From: Stegostoma tigrinum
Taxonomy: Eukaryota
Direction of reading: 5' to 3'
NCBI RefSeq assembly: GCF_030684315.1
Contig: NC_081396.1
Span: 8,547,870-8,611,627, forward strand
DNA length: 63,758 bases
Under the pieces are notes generated by a model. That model made no database searches. It was not told the DNA's origin and saw only the letters and a list, made by a program, of their open reading frames with translations. Below, in pieces: positions 47,196-60,694 of this stretch (position 1 is the first letter of the stretch; each line of letters starts with the position of its first letter). The translations under genes and the position numbers were made by a program.

Positions 47196-48631
47196 GATAA
47201 GAGGGGACTATTTGATGTCTTGTTACTGACTACTCCATTTTAGGATCTTCCTTGCTTCTAACTCTGGATAGTTTCCGTTCTTATACCTTTGGTTGCGCTC
47301 ATGGATTAGAAGCTCCTGGGAAGAACAGTGTGGATTACTGGAACCTTTAATGTTGATCTCTCTGTTTGTGCACTTTCTTTGCAGCAGGAACATTGTACCC
47401 CTCACTGTTCTATTACCTTTATGTATTTTATATGTTGTGATCTTCCTGTGCTGCACACAAAACAAAACTTATCACTAAACTGTACCTATGTACATGTCAC
47501 ATTAGTAAATGAAATCACATCAAATCCTAAAACGTGCTGGCAAATCGTAAATTGGGGTCAAACTGGGATCTGTTTCTGACTGAAGTGAAATGGCAGGTTT
47601 AAGTTTCCAGTCTGTGCTCGTTAATAGTTTGAGGATTTAAAATGATCGGAAAGTCACATAGTGTAAGGCCGTAATAATGACAACAGCTTGCATTTATATA
47701 GTACTGTTCACATAGTAAAAGCTTCCAAGCTGCTTCACCCATGAGTCAAAGCTTGGTCAAAGAGATCAATTTTCACCAGTATCTGGAAGTAGGAAAGGGA
47801 GGGAATTCCAGAGCCTTGGCAACTGAGTGCATAACCAGCAATGATGGGAGTGATGTAGGTGGGTGATTGGAAAGGGTCGGAATTGGAGGATTGCAGGGAG
47901 CTCAGAGAGTTTTAGGGCTGGAGGAGGTTCCACAGACTATCTGTCATAGAGAGAGTCGCTGCCTCAATGGAACTTCAAGCACAGCAATGAAATGGATCCA
48001 CGCAGCTCGTGACCACGGCCATGCAGAAGACGTCTGCTGTCTTAAACAGGATGACCAATACTATATTCCTGGCCTTATAACACGTTATTGATCGCTGGCC
48101 AGCAGCAGAGTGGAAGCAATGGTGTGATCTTTATCCAGGAAAGGGGCAATAGAGAAAGGAGACAGGAAATGCAAACTCGACTCAAAGAATCTGTACATCT
48201 TTTCATTTACCCCAAACCCCCAGGAAGTGACCAGTGTGCTGCCTCCATCCCTCAACATGCCACTGGACCCCTGCTGAGTTTGGCCATGTACAGGTACAGG
48301 TGGAACAGCCCTTACTGCGACTCAGAGGTGCTCTGGTGACCAACAGAAGCTGAGCAGGGATCTGAGCAGGTTTTCCTGCTGAAAACACACAGGATGTACC
48401 AGGAAGAAGCGGCAGCTAGAAGTTTGAATTCACTAAGTTTGTACACAGAGGGGTTCCATAAGACGTTGTTTTTGTTTTTAAAAAACAATACACAGATGTA
48501 AGGATTTGAACCACTTCCAGTTGTTGACCATTCTCACATTCAAGGGTCATTTCGCGTTTTCCCTGGTTTTATGCTGTGAGTGTATTAGGTCACTAATCAG
48601 ATTGTTGTAAACTTTTAATGTTATTTAAAAA

Positions 48632-48850
48632 AAGAAAGAGTTGTGGATGCTGGAAATCTGAAACAAAAACATAAAATAGCTGGAGAAACTCAGCAGGTCT
48701 GGCAGCATCTATGGAGAGAAAGTCGAGTCAATATTTTGGGTCCACTGACCCTTCTGCAAGACTGGTCGCTGGACCCGAAACATTGACCCTGTTTCTCACG
48801 ACAGATGCTGCCAGACCTGCTGAGTTTCTCCAGGTATTTCTGTTTTTGTT
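48632..48850. mobile_element. Penelope-derived fold-back element
   Basis: Arms ctggagaaactcagcaggtctggcagcatct / agatgctgccagacctgctgagtttctccag; central ggacccgaaac. Confidence 0.8.
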
Positions 48851-49789
48851 ATACAATAGGTGAGATGTTGTACTACAACGATCCTGGGATTGTATGTCAA
48901 CATTTTAGAAAGCTCACAGTGGGGAAAAGCTAACGAAAACTGTTGAAGCTTCTTGCTTCACTGAGTGGAAGGACGTCAGTGAACTAAATGACAACAATGC
49001 ATAACAGCCTTGAGAAGATGAATTCAGAATGACAAATGCAGAGGACAGCATCTGGTTAGGTCAGGTGAGCACTGACCAATGGAACTGTGCCTGGGTGCAG
49101 GGAGGAGTTAATCACACATGAACCAGGATAAAAGAGACCCTCCTGGGAAAAGGTTGTATGGCAGAAAGGAACCTGAGTCAGAAGATAAAGACCCAGAGAG
49201 AGATAAAGCTGGAAGACCAAATATCCAGTCTCTGAAAGCTGTGACGAGTCCTTTTTGTGTTCTCCTGACCAGCTCCAATATGAATGGTATTACCCACTTT
49301 AAAATGTAATTACTGGCCGGGTTTTTCCATGTAGTTTGCTTCAAAGTTATCCTGACTTTGTATCAATAAAGTTGATTCCTATTTAAGCTTTGGTCCCAAC
49401 TCCATTCCTGCCTGGAAAAGACAGTAACTAACAACCTGCTCTCTCCATCGCCAAAGCCTCCCCCCCACCCGAAAAAAAAATTCAGGCAATGCTGAATATC
49501 ACTCCAGGCTGGGAACCATTAGGTGTATGAGCAGTTAAAGGAAAGTTCAGTGCACAGTGAGGGGGAGGGGAGAACCGGTGATGGGAAATGTTAATTTTGA
49601 AGGAGTCCCATCCAATGCAGAGACAATCAACTTCCTATTTTCTAATATTGTGTACATTTCCCCATTTTTACTTTTCATTTTAGGTTTGTCACCAAGTATG
49701 TTGAATTTGTGTCAAACATGCATTTGCTTCGGGTTCTAGGGGGACATGTGTTATTAGAAAGAGTACAGAAAAGATTTTTGTTTTCTTTA

Positions 49790-51260
49790 TTCATGCACGC
49801 AACTTGAACATTGTTGACATTTCCACCATTTATTGCCTTGGAGATGGGGATGCTGAGTTGTCTTGTTGTACTGCTGCAGTGTTTTGGGTGCTGCCAGGAG
49901 GGGAGTTCTAGGATTTTGACTTTGTATCAGTGAAGGAACAGTGATACTGTTCCAACTCGGGATGGCGAGTGGCTCACAGACTATCCTGCAGATGGTAGTG
50001 TTCCCATATATCGACTGCCCTTGTCTTTGTCAATGGGAGAGAATGTTGGTTTGGACAATGCTGGTGAAGGAGTCTTGGTGAGTTGCCGCAGTACATTTTG
50101 TAGATGGTACACATGTCTGCTACTGTGCTTCAGTGGTGGAGGGAATGAATGTTAACGGTGCTAGATGAAATCAGATTCTCAGAATTATTACAACACAGGA
50201 GTCTATTCAGCCCATTGTTCCTACCACCAACTGTTTCACTTAATTCCAGTCTCCTGTCTTCTCCCCATGTCCCTGCACCTTGTTCCTTTTCAAATAACAT
50301 TCTAATTACCTTTTGAATGCCCGATCGAAACATCCGGATTGAAGTCTGAATCAAGTGGGCTGCTTTGTCCTGGATCGTGTCAAGCTCCTGGAATGTCACT
50401 GTGCTACACTTATTCAGAGAAATGGGAGTATTCCATCACTCTCCTGACTTGTGCCTTGGTGAGGGTGGACAGGCTTTGGGGAATTAGGTGCATTACTTGT
50501 TGCAGAACTTCAAACATCTGACCTGCTGTTGCAGCCACAGATGTTATTTGGTTGGTCCCATTCAGTTTCTGGTTAATGGTAAGCCCAGAATACAAATAGT
50601 GGGGAGTTCAGTGATGGTAATGCAACTCTGCTGTCAATCAGAGATGGTTAGATTGTCTCTTGTTAAATATGGACATTTGTGTGGCTGAATATCATGTGCC
50701 TGTCTTTAATCCAATTCAGAATCTTATCCAATTCTTCATCCTCAGCAACATACGAGGCTTTGGAAATGGTGCTGAATATAATGCAATCAGTTTTGCTCTT
50801 TGAAGTCAAATTAATCTCTGACGTTAAAAGCAGTCGCTCTCACCTCACCTCTGGAGTTCATTCCTCTCGACCGTGTTGGGACCAAGGCTGAAGTGGGGTC
50901 AGGAGTTAAGTGGCCCTGGCAGACCCAAACTGAGAATCAGTGAGCAGGTTATTGCAGTGTAAGTGCTGCTTGATAGCAACATCAATTGACTTTCCATAGG
51001 TTTGCTCTGGTAGGACTGGTATTAGACCGATAAAACAGTAACTGGCTGGACTTGATGTGTTCTAAGGAAGGGTCACCAGACCTGAAGTGTTAACATTGAC
51101 TTCTCTTCACAGATGCTGCCAGACCGCCTGAGCTTTTCCAGCAACTTCTGCTCTTGTTGTTGGTTATGTCCTGCCTTTGTCTGTACTAGACACGCCTGGG
51201 TAATTTTCTGCATTGATGGGAAGATGTTGCAGCTGCGTTGGAACAATTTGGCTGGTCGAA
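49790..51260 (-). mobile_element. Second non-LTR family fragment with nested insertions
   Basis: ELDTIQDKAA and KAQVRRVMEYS; a pLTR piece sits at 51060-51160. Confidence 0.7.
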
Positions 51261-52429
51261 GAGAATTGCTATCCTGGAATGAAATCGATACATCTTGCAT
51301 TTTAATGTGTTACACATGGTTTGCAAGTTTTGAAGCCAGTTACTTTCCATATCTTCACCATATGTCTGAAGCAGACTGTGACTTAACTACTTTCCCCTGC
51401 TTTTAAGCTGAAGTGGTTTAGTTTCCCTTTCCTTCTGGTTGTGGGCCTTCACTGTGTAAGGACTTCAGCAACACTCATGTAAAGTTAAACTAGAATGAAA
51501 TTTTATTTGACATACTCTCAGATGCCAGAGAGGGGATACTTCACAACAGAGGCACAGTCACAAACATGCAAGAGGAGATACAAATCAAAAAGAATAAAGA
51601 CATTTGTCCATCAGCAACAAATTAAATACAAACACAACTGAGGCTCAGCAGTCTATCAGTGTCTGTAGTTTGGAGTTAGCAGTCTGGAATTCCTTTGTGG
51701 GAGCAGTTAGTTGGCTAGCCTGCGGTTTGTGAACTGTAAACAGTTTATTCCCATTAAAATGTCGTTGACTGTCATCTGAGGAATAGTGCTGAGATGTAAA
51801 TTCTACTTTGCCATTTCAGTGGAAGTACTTGCAAAGAGCACAAATACTGTTTGCTGGCTGTTTTTTACAGATGAGAGGTTCTACCTTCATCACTGGGGTT
51901 AAGAGTTTGGCTATCAACAATAGATGCTGTATGAAGCAACACTGACCATTTTACAGACAGCTATTTCAAAACTGTGGAAGGCATGTGAGTTCAGCAACAT
52001 GGGAGTCATGTGATGAAGCCCTTTCTTTCGGGGATGGTGGCAGTAGGACTGGAACACTGGCCATCAAGACAAAGTCTCGCAATGCAAATAAGCAACTAAC
52101 ATTAGCCAAACTCAGAGGTTTAGTAAAGTTATTAACATCTTTACAGGAGACAGATAACTTACAATTCTTTTGTGGTTGGTGTTTTCATTGGGGACAATCT
52201 GTCTTTATGGCAGTTTATATTACAATTAACATTTCCAGTCCTGTTAGGAGGTACATGAGCTGCTGATTATCCTGCTGACTTGGGGATTTCTAAACAAATT
52301 TTTGGAAGCTTACTGCTCGGTCAAATCACATGATTATAGCAGTAATCACCTTTATGTTTAATGATTGTTGGGCTGTTTAATACATTAAGGTTTATTTTAA
52401 TTATCAATTTATGACTATGTATGAAAATA

Positions 52430-53010
52430 TGTCTCAATACTGACCCTTGGAGAATGCCACTCCAAACGTTCCTGAAGCGCTACTGTCAGTTTCCTCCCAC
52501 TCAGCCAGTTCTGTATCCAATTTGTTACTGCCCTTTTTAATTAATCAGCTCTAAGTTTGCACACCATTTGCCCATGTACACTGCATCAATAGCAATGCCG
52601 TCTTCAACAGACTCCAGCCAGTTGGTTCAACATCACTTTGCCCTAAGAAATTCATAGTCTCCCTAATTAACCAGCAATGCTCCATGTTACTTTGATCTGA
52701 AATGTGCGCTTCTAAAAGTTTCCCAACCAACAAAATTAACCTGATCGACCTGTACCTGCGGGGCGTGTCTCTACATTTATTGTTGGACAAGGGGATAACA
52801 AAGAACTTGCATTTTTCAGTCCTCTGGAACCACTCAAGTGTAAGCAAGATTGAAAAATTATGGCTACAGCCTCTCCAGTTTAAACCCTTGCTTATTCTCA
52901 GTGTCATTGGATACATCTCATCCAGTCCCAGTGCCTTAAGTTTAAGAGCAGCCATCAGATCCAACAGCCCTTCCTTATCAACATTAAACCATTCTCATGT
53001 CTGAATTAAC
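52430..53010 (-). mobile_element. CR1 fragment abutting the ZNF-6 stop codon
   Basis: ORF 52551-52964 reads KALGLDEMYP..L and YRSIRL..LVGKLLE. Confidence 0.75.
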
Positions 53011-53028
53011 ATCATCCAATCATTGCAG

Positions 53029-53982
53029 TTACTCGTGAACTCGCTGGTGCCTCAGCAGGTGCGATGAACAGGTAAATCCCTTCCCACACTTGGAGCAGGT
53101 GAATGGTCTCTCTCCAGTGTGAACCCGCTGGTGTGTCAGCAAGTGAGAGGACTGAGTGAATCCCTTCCCGCACTTGGCGCAGGTGAATGGCCTCTCCCCA
53201 CTGTGAACTCTCTGGTGTACAGTGAGGTTTGATGAGTGTTTGAACCCAGTCCCACATTGAGAGCACCTGAATGGGGTCTCATCGGTGTGAACCCGCTGAT
53301 GCGCCATAAGGATGGATGAGGCAGTGAACCCCTTCCCACACTCTGAGCAGGTGAACGGCCTCTCTCCAGTGTGGACTCGCTGGTGCGTGAGTAGGTGGGA
53401 TAATTGAGTGAATCCCTTCCCACAGTCAGAGCAAGTGAATGGTTTCTCTCCAATGTGGACACGCTGGTGTGTCTGGAGGTTGGATAAATGAGTGAAACCT
53501 TTCCCACACTTGGAGCACGTGAATGGCCTCTCCCCAGTGTGAACTCGCTGGTGTTCAATGAGTTGAGATGACCATCTGAACCCAGTTCCACAGTGAGAGC
53601 ACTTGAACGGTCTCTCATCGGTGTGCACACGTTGATGGCAAATCAGTTCCCCAGAACTTTTATAGCATTTCCCACACTCTGGGCATTTAAATGGTCTCTC
53701 ATCGGTGTGAACTCGCTGGTGTCTCAGCAGGTTGGATAACTGAGTGAATCCCTTCCCACATTCAGTGCAGGCAAATGGCCTCTCCCCAGTGTGAATACGA
53801 CGATGGGTCTCCAGCCTCGATGGGGAAATGAATCCTTTCCCACAGTCCCCACATGTCCATGGTTTCTGCCTGTTGTGACCACATTTGTGTTCTGACAGGC
53901 TGGATGATTGGTTAAAATCACGACCACAAGCAGAACACACGTATGGTTTCTTCCCACGGTAAATGTTGCTTTTGCCTTCCAT
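53029..53982 (-). CDS. C2H2 zinc-finger protein, 11 fingers (ZNF-6)
   Basis: Acceptor at 54074-54075, ttgaacATGgaa, 11 fingers. Confidence 0.92.
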   Translation of the reverse strand: MEGKSNIYRGKKPYVCSACGRDFNQSSSLSEHKCGHNRQKPWTCGDCGKGFISPSRLETHRRIHTGERPFACTECGKGFTQLSNLLRHQRVHTDERPFKCPECGKCYKSSGELICHQRVHTDERPFKCSHCGTGFRWSSQLIEHQRVHTGERPFTCSKCGKGFTHLSNLQTHQRVHIGEKPFTCSDCGKGFTQLSHLLTHQRVHTGERPFTCSECGKGFTASSILMAHQRVHTDETPFRCSQCGTGFKHSSNLTVHQRVHSGERPFTCAKCGKGFTQSSHLLTHQRVHTGERPFTCSKCGKGFTCSSHLLRHQRVHE

Positions 53983-54526
53983 GTTCAAAATCTGATGATA
54001 TCCAGGCTACATCAGATCCTGATGTGATAGTCGGCTTCAGTTTCCCGACTGCAAATCCTTCTTCTTTAAGGTCCTATGAAACTGATTTAAAACACGAAAT
54101 CAGAAAATATAAAGCCTGTTTGTGATTTGAGATGAATGAATCTGGTAACTTATGGGGCTGGCACTAGGAGTGTGTGACTATTAAAGCTGCTCGATTACTG
54201 TAAAATCCAGCTGGTTCAGTAATGTCCTTCAGGGAAAGGAACCTGCCACCTTACCTGAACCTATATTAGAATCTGGCCTCAGTGAGAGAGGAAGTAGAGG
54301 GGGAGAGAGAGAGAGACAGAGAGAGAGCAAGGAGAGGGATTTTGTGCGTCTGCAACTCCACCAGAACTCTGACAGATTCTCCCAACCCTTCAAACTCCAC
54401 CCCCTCATCTAACCCAAAATGTTCTTTTGTGTAAATGTTGCCTTCAAATGTTGCTTTCCAACGTGCATCTGACAGAGCTTGGAACATTCTATTAGATTAA
54501 GAATGTATTAAAATACAAATGGTTAT

Positions 54527-54852
54527 CACAGAATCCCTACAGTGCAGAAGCAGGCCATTTGGCCCATCAAGCGCACACTGATCCTGTGAACAGCATCCCA
54601 CCCAGACACACTCCCATATCCTATCCCTGTAACCTTGCATTTCCCATGGCTAGTCCACACATACCCTGGACACTATGGGCAATGTAACATGGCCAACCTG
54701 CACATCTTCAGACTGGGGGAGGAAACTGGAGCACCCAGAGGAAACCCGTACAGACATGGGGAGAATGTACAAGCTCCACACAGTCAAGGGTGAAACTGAA
54801 TCCAGGTCCCTGGCGCTGTGAGGCAGCACTGCTAACCACTGAGCCACGCCAC
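54527..54852 (-). mobile_element. HE1-like V-SINE
   Basis: Matches the family sequence of the other copies. Confidence 0.85.
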
Positions 54853-56193
54853 AGCTGTTGTTGATCTGGGAGTATATCATCACTCCTTTAATCAGTCCTG
54901 AAAATGTAACCTGTAACTCCTTACCTAGCAGCATTGTGGGAACACTTTCACCACATGGACTGCAGAGCTTCATGAAGGTCAAGTATTGTGTTCTCCAGAT
55001 GCCACTGGGAATTGGTAATATCTGCTGGTCTTGTTCATGAAAGAGCAAGGGAGTGGGTCAAGCTGATTTGCACTTGCAGAGATCCAGCATGGTTAGATGA
55101 GCTAAATAGCCTCCCTTCCCTGAATTTTAGTGAGGCTGAGGAGCAGAAGCAGGTCATTCAGCCCATTGAGACTGCTGTGTCATTCAATGAGATCATGGCT
55201 GATCTAATACTCCTCAACTCAATATGACTGGATGAATAAGGACATACACAGGAAAGCAGGGAACATATTCTGCAATAAACACCCACCTTGGTCCAAGGCG
55301 GATCTAAAATTGCTGTGTCTGTGTTTGTAGACTTGATCCAGTTAGCATTGCCTGCAATAATACCAAACTACTGCAGCTGCTGGAGTTCTGACAATAAAAA
55401 CAGAAAGTGCTGGAAATACTCAGTGGGTTGGGCAACATCTGTGGGTAGAGAAAAAATGTTCCAGGGCATGCAGAATGAATTACGGTGAATAAAAAAATGG
55501 TGCAGAATTTTATCAGAAGCAGAAGAGAAATGAGCTACAGGTAAAACATTTCCTGACTCCAAAAGATTCAATGGGAAAATCAAGCTGGTAAGGCAGCAGC
55601 AATACAATCATTATTTCAACACAGTTGGTAGAAGTTAAGGCAGCACGGTGGCTCAGTGGTTAGCACTGCTCCCTGCAACACGGGTTTGATTCCACCTGCG
55701 GTGCAGAATTTATCCGATGGTTGATGGTGAAAGATTCTCATTGCAATGTTGAATTCATGAGAGTCAGGTTGCTTTCTCTGAAGAAAGAGGTTGAGATGAC
55801 ATTTGACAGAAGTGCACACTTTTATGACAAGCTCCTAAAAGCTAGATAAAAAGCTATTCCCTTCAGCCGAGCGGAAAATTGGATGCTGCCTGGTCTGAAG
55901 ATTCTGAACTAGAGAAAAGATTAGACAGTGGACAGGCTTTAGAGAGTCATGAGTTTGCAGAAATTCAGACAGTTCTCCTCATGGCAAAGGACATTGAGAG
56001 GAGATTTGACAGAAGTTAGAGATTTTCATGGTGTTGTATAGTATAGATGAAAGTTTTCTTTCTCGTTGGCAGATTAGGAAAAAAATTACTGACACATTTA
56101 TGATTTTGGGCAAGATTTCCTTATGGAAGGTGGAAAGATTTAAGGGATAAATTTAAAGCAACAGCTTGTAATGACTCGGAAATAAATACTCAC

Positions 56194-56270
56194 ATAGCTT
56201 GAATAATCCTGTCAGATTTTTGATATGATGTTTGGTTTGATTTTCTGTCTTCAAATCTTCTTTTAATATT
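56194..56270 (-). other. Non-coding 5' exon of ZNF-6
   Basis: Reverse strand cttttacAG|aatatta...tcaaaccaaacatcatatcaaaaatctgacag...ctat|GTGAGT. Confidence 0.75.
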
Positions 56271-56296
56271 CTGTAAAAGAAGTTTCCAAAATCAAT

Positions 56297-56790
56297 TGAG
56301 ATTGTACATGGCATTGGCGAGGCCTGTTCTGGATCACTGTGTCCAATTCTGGGCACCGTGTTACAGGAATGATATTATTAAGCTGGAGAAGGCTCAGAAG
56401 AGATTTACTGGAATGTTACCAGGAATGGAAGGTGCAAGTTATCAGAGAAGGTGGATAGGATGGAACTTTTTTCACTGGAGTGCAGCAGGTTGACAGGTGA
56501 CCTTACAGATGTTTATAAAATCACAAGAGGTATAGATAAGGTGAATGGCAGGTGTCTTTTTCTTAGGGTCGGAAATTTCAAGACTAGGGGACACATTTTT
56601 AAAGTGAGAGGAGAAAGATTTAAAAAGCCCCAGAGAGTGGAATGAACTCCCAGAGGAAGTGGTGGGTGCGGGTACAGTTACATCATTTAAAAGACATTTA
56701 GGTAAGTACATGAAATGTTTGGGATTATGATCAGCACAGACTGGTTGGACCAAGGGGCCGGTTTCCGAGCCGTATGGCTCTACGACTGTA
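56297..56790 (+). mobile_element. CR1 3' fragment
   Basis: RLYMALARPVLDHCVQFWAPCYRNDIIKLE. Confidence 0.9.
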
Positions 56791-57139
56791 ATCGGCCAAG
56801 GATAGAAGTTCACAACTTTCTGCCCTATTGGTCCAGAATGATCACGCATGTGCCCTGTTGCACATTGCCCCTTGTCTTGGTCAGCAGCCCCTCGATTAGA
56901 GGATGACGTCTACTGAGGACTGGGAGTTGCTGCCCTGGATCTTCAGGTGACTGAACGGAACCACGAATCTTTGGGCACGGGATGAAATGACAGGAACATG
57001 GACAACTGATTTGTCTCCTTTGTTTCCTTCCTGTGCAGCTGCTCTGCCTCATCAATAAGACATTGAGCAAAAGGCTGATGCAGTTGGATTGACACGTGGT
57101 CTCCAATCTGAACTATGGGTAGCAAGCTCCTCCCAGTCA

Positions 57140-57640
57140 TTCGAACCATTGGCCACTGCGCGCCCGCGCATGCTTAGTGCCCAGTGCCCCCAACAAAAAT
57201 GGCGACCGTTCCCAGAGCCCACGACGAGACGGAAACCTGGAATCACCTTCCCTTTCGCTGCTAACAGGCCAGCCGGAGAGTTTTCTCCGAGTTTTCCGCC
57301 TGACACAAGATGTTCCTGAAGCCTCTCCGCCTAGCCACTGCCCGGTTCATTGGTTTCACCGATCCGCCTGATCCTCACCGTTTGTTGATTCTAACAAATA
57401 AGACAGTGACCATCGACGACCTAAAAAGAGGTCAACTGCGCATGTGCCGTGCTGTTTGGGCCTTCTGCCACGCACCGCGCATGCTCCAATTTCGCTGGGC
57501 CCGACTGATTGACAGCGACTGCGGACCAATAGAAACAAAAAGGGGCGGAACTGGAGGACAGATCTGGCGCGGTTTGTTCTCCCAACAATGGGACTGAATG
57601 AGGGGCGGGGCTGCGCCTGCGTCAGGGTGCGGAGCAGGTG
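57140..57640 (-). promoter_or_regulatory. CpG-rich promoter of ZNF-6
   Basis: CGCCATTTTTGTTGGGGGCA on the - strand (57185-57204), several GCGCATG sites, perfect TGATTGACAG 57506, CCAAT 57526, GC boxes. Confidence 0.8.
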
Positions 57641-57644
57641 GAGA

Positions 57645-58520
57645 GAATCTTGGTTAACATGGTGTAAAGCTGGATGAACACAGCAGGGCAAACAGGATCA
57701 GAGGAGCAGGGAGGCTGACGTTTCGGGCCTAGACCCTTCTTCGGAAATGGGGGAGGGGGATCTGAAATAAACAGGGAGAGATGGAGGCAGATCCAAGATG
57801 GATAGAAGAGAAGCTGGGTGGAGAGGAGACAGATAGGTCAAAGAGGCAGGGATGGAGCCATTAAAGGTGAGTGTAGGTGGGGAGGTAGGGAGGGGATAGG
57901 TCAGTCAAGGGAGGATGGACAGGCTGAGGGGCGGGATGAGGTTAGTAGGTAGGAGATGGGGGTGGGTCTTGAGGTGGGAGGAGGGAGGAAGGACAATTTA
58001 GGGAGGCAGGGACAAGCTGGGCTGTTTTTGGGGTGCAGTGGGGGGAGGGGAGATTTTGAAGCTTGTGAAGTCCACATTGATCCCATTGGGCTGCAGGGTT
58101 GCCAAGCTGTTCATGCAACCTTTGTGTGGCATCGTTGTGGCACTGGACGAGGCCCGGGATGGTCATGTCGTCTGAGGAATGGGATGGGGGAGTTGAGATG
58201 GTTCGTGACTTGGAAACGCAGTTGTTTAGTGCGAACTGGGCATAGGTGTTCTGCAAAGCAGTCCCCAAGCCTTTGCTTGGTTTCCCCGATGTGGAGGAGG
58301 CCACAATGGGAATAGCCGATACAGTATACCACATTAGCAGGTATGCAGGTGAACATCTGCTTGATGTGGGAAGTCTTCTTGGGGCCTGGGATGGGGTGAG
58401 GCGGGAGGTGTGGGGGCAGGTGTAGCACTTTCTGCAATTACAGGGAAAAGTGCCGGTTGTGGTGAGGCTGGAGGGGTGTGTGGAGTGGACAAGGGAGTCC
58501 TGGGACAAGGGAATCTTGTC
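57645..58520 (-). mobile_element. Penelope-like element 3' part (GIY-YIG plus pLTR)
   Basis: FTCIPANVVYCIGYSHCGLLHIGETKQRLGDCFAEHL; hammerhead-like core at ~57717-57744 with CTGA>CCGA. Confidence 0.9.
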
Positions 58521-58649
58521 CTCGTTTAAATCAACACAGACTGAAAAGTGTGTGTGTGTGTGTGTGTTGGGGAGGGTGATCAATTAGGATTAAAGGTAGC
58601 AAATAATATGTTTTCATTCTTGACTAATCACAGTAAAATTTGGAGCTCA

Positions 58650-58972
58650 GAACATGGAACCCCACAGTGTGGAAGCAGGCCATTTGCCCCATTGAATCTG
58701 CACCAACACTCTGAAGAGCATCCCATCTGGACCCACTCCCCTAACCTATTCTGTAACCCTGCAATCCCATGTCTAACCCACTTAACCTGCACACCTCTGG
58801 ACACGATGGGCAAATTAACATGGTCAATCCACCCAACCTGAACGTCTTTGGACTGTGGGAGGAAACCTGTATAGACAGAGGGAGAATGTGCATACTCCGC
58901 ATACAGTCACCCAAGGCTGGAATGGTCCCTGGTGTTGTGAGGCATCAGTGCTAAGAAAGCCACTGCGTGACC
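58650..58972 (-). mobile_element. HE1-like V-SINE, diverged
   Basis: Matches the family sequence of the other copies. Confidence 0.75.
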
Positions 58973-59319
58973 CGGATGCGAATAGAGATAATCAAAACTG
59001 ATTCCTGTGCAAGTAGCAATCCCATTGCTGTTTAATAGCAAAACTGATGGATAAATTTAAGGTAGAGACCATTGGCCTGATTGAGGATGATGTACACAAG
59101 AAATTGAGGGGAACAGGTTCCAGGAGAAGTGAGGCTTGGTTGAGATCATGTTTCACACAGCACACGGTCAGCCTGTGGTTTCACCCTGGATGAAGAATCT
59201 CAGAATGTTATCATTTCAAATCACAAGGATCTTCAGAGAAGCAATGTTGTCTGTTCATGGAGAGAAGCCCTCAGGAAGCAGCAGCCATAATTACAGGTAC
59301 AGTATAACATATAACATGC

Positions 59320-59645
59320 AGACAGCCATCCACACACACATTGACAGCCATTCACATAGTGACTGACAGACTGACACACACACACAACTAGCCACACAGA
59401 CTGACACAAATACACAGACAGCAACCTACACAGACCGACACAGTCACTCTTACTTGCACAAGTAGCCTCCCACACACAGGGAGAAGCACACACTGTCTTA
59501 GACATAGACTTACACACACTGTTAGAGACATACAGCCACCCACACACATGTATATTGACAACACTGTCTCTCATACCCGCAGCCAAACACAGACAGAAAG
59601 GCACATGCTCTCACAGACGCCGAAATTCACCCACACACAGAGACA
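59320..59645. repeat. Degenerate CA-rich microsatellite
   Basis: Low-complexity tract of acac and gaca units. Confidence 0.8.
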
Positions 59646-59911
59646 ATTCTCCCCCTCTTATGTATACAGTCAACCACATATAAAACTGCCATTCAAATAC
59701 AAAGACTGATACAATTCACGAGCTTATCACTGGTGGTGTTGGGGACAGCGATGGAGAAGGTAGGGGAAAGGGAGATCCCATCAAAATTAATTAACATGGT
59801 GAAAGTAGTAAAAACTTGATACATTGTGTCTTGAATACAAAGCTGATGTATTTGACTTTTATCCGGAGTGTGCCACAGGATGTGACCTGCAGCAAGACCC
59901 AACCACTTTAG

Positions 59912-60694
59912 TCACTTGTGAGCTCGCCGGTGTTTCATCAGGTTAAATGACCTGGTGAATCCCTTTCCACACTTGAAGCATGTAAATGGCTTCTCTCCTG
60001 TGTGAGAGCGCTGGTGTACAGTGAGGTCAGACATTCGTCTGAATGCATTTCCACAGCGAGAGCATCTGAACGGCCTCTTGTCAGTGTGAACACGTTGATG
60101 GGACATCAGTTCTCGAGAACTTTTGTAGTATTTCCCACAGTCTGGGCATTTAAAAGGTCTCTGTTCAGAGTGAACTTGCTGGTGTCTCCACAGATCGGAC
60201 GAGTGAGCGAATCCTTTCCCACACATTGAGCAGCTGAACGGTCTCTCCCCAGTGTGAACTCGCTGGTGTACAGTGAGCTGTGATGACCGCCTGAAGCCAG
60301 ACCCACAGTGAGAGCACCTGAATGGTCTCTCATCAGAGTGAATACGCTGATGGGACATCAATTCTCCAGAACATTTATAGCACTTCCCACAATCTGGGCA
60401 CTTAAAAGGTCTCTCATCAGTGTGAACCCGCTGGTGTTCCAGGAGGTGTGATGACTGAGTGTATCCCTTCCCACACTGGGAGCAAGTGAACGGCCTCTCC
60501 CCTGTGTGAACTCGCTGGTGTTCCAGAAGGTGGGATGATCGAGTGAATCCCTTTAAACACTCAGGGCAGATGAACGGCCTCTCCCCAGTGTGACTGCGTC
60601 GATGAATTTCCAGCTGGGATGGGTAATTGAACCCCTTCCCACAATCCCCACATTTCCACAATTTCTCTGTGTGAATGCTAACATTTGCTTCCAT
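59912..60694 (-). CDS. C2H2 zinc-finger protein, 9 fingers (ZNF-7); promoter probably beyond the right edge
   Basis: Acceptor at 60803-60804, ttgatcATGgaa, 9 fingers. The polyA module has AATACA instead of AATAAA. Confidence 0.92.
   Translation of the reverse strand: MEANVSIHTEKLWKCGDCGKGFNYPSQLEIHRRSHTGERPFICPECLKGFTRSSHLLEHQRVHTGERPFTCSQCGKGYTQSSHLLEHQRVHTDERPFKCPDCGKCYKCSGELMSHQRIHSDERPFRCSHCGSGFRRSSQLTVHQRVHTGERPFSCSMCGKGFAHSSDLWRHQQVHSEQRPFKCPDCGKYYKSSRELMSHQRVHTDKRPFRCSRCGNAFRRMSDLTVHQRSHTGEKPFTCFKCGKGFTRSFNLMKHRRAHK

Noticed and set aside
48865-49432. Solo LTR (also 51455-52420)
   Set aside because: It has AATAAA and TG..CA-like ends, but I found no TSD or second copy, so it is unsupported without a library search.
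59233-59604. Cys-rich 123-aa ORF
   Set aside because: It is the translation of a TG microsatellite.
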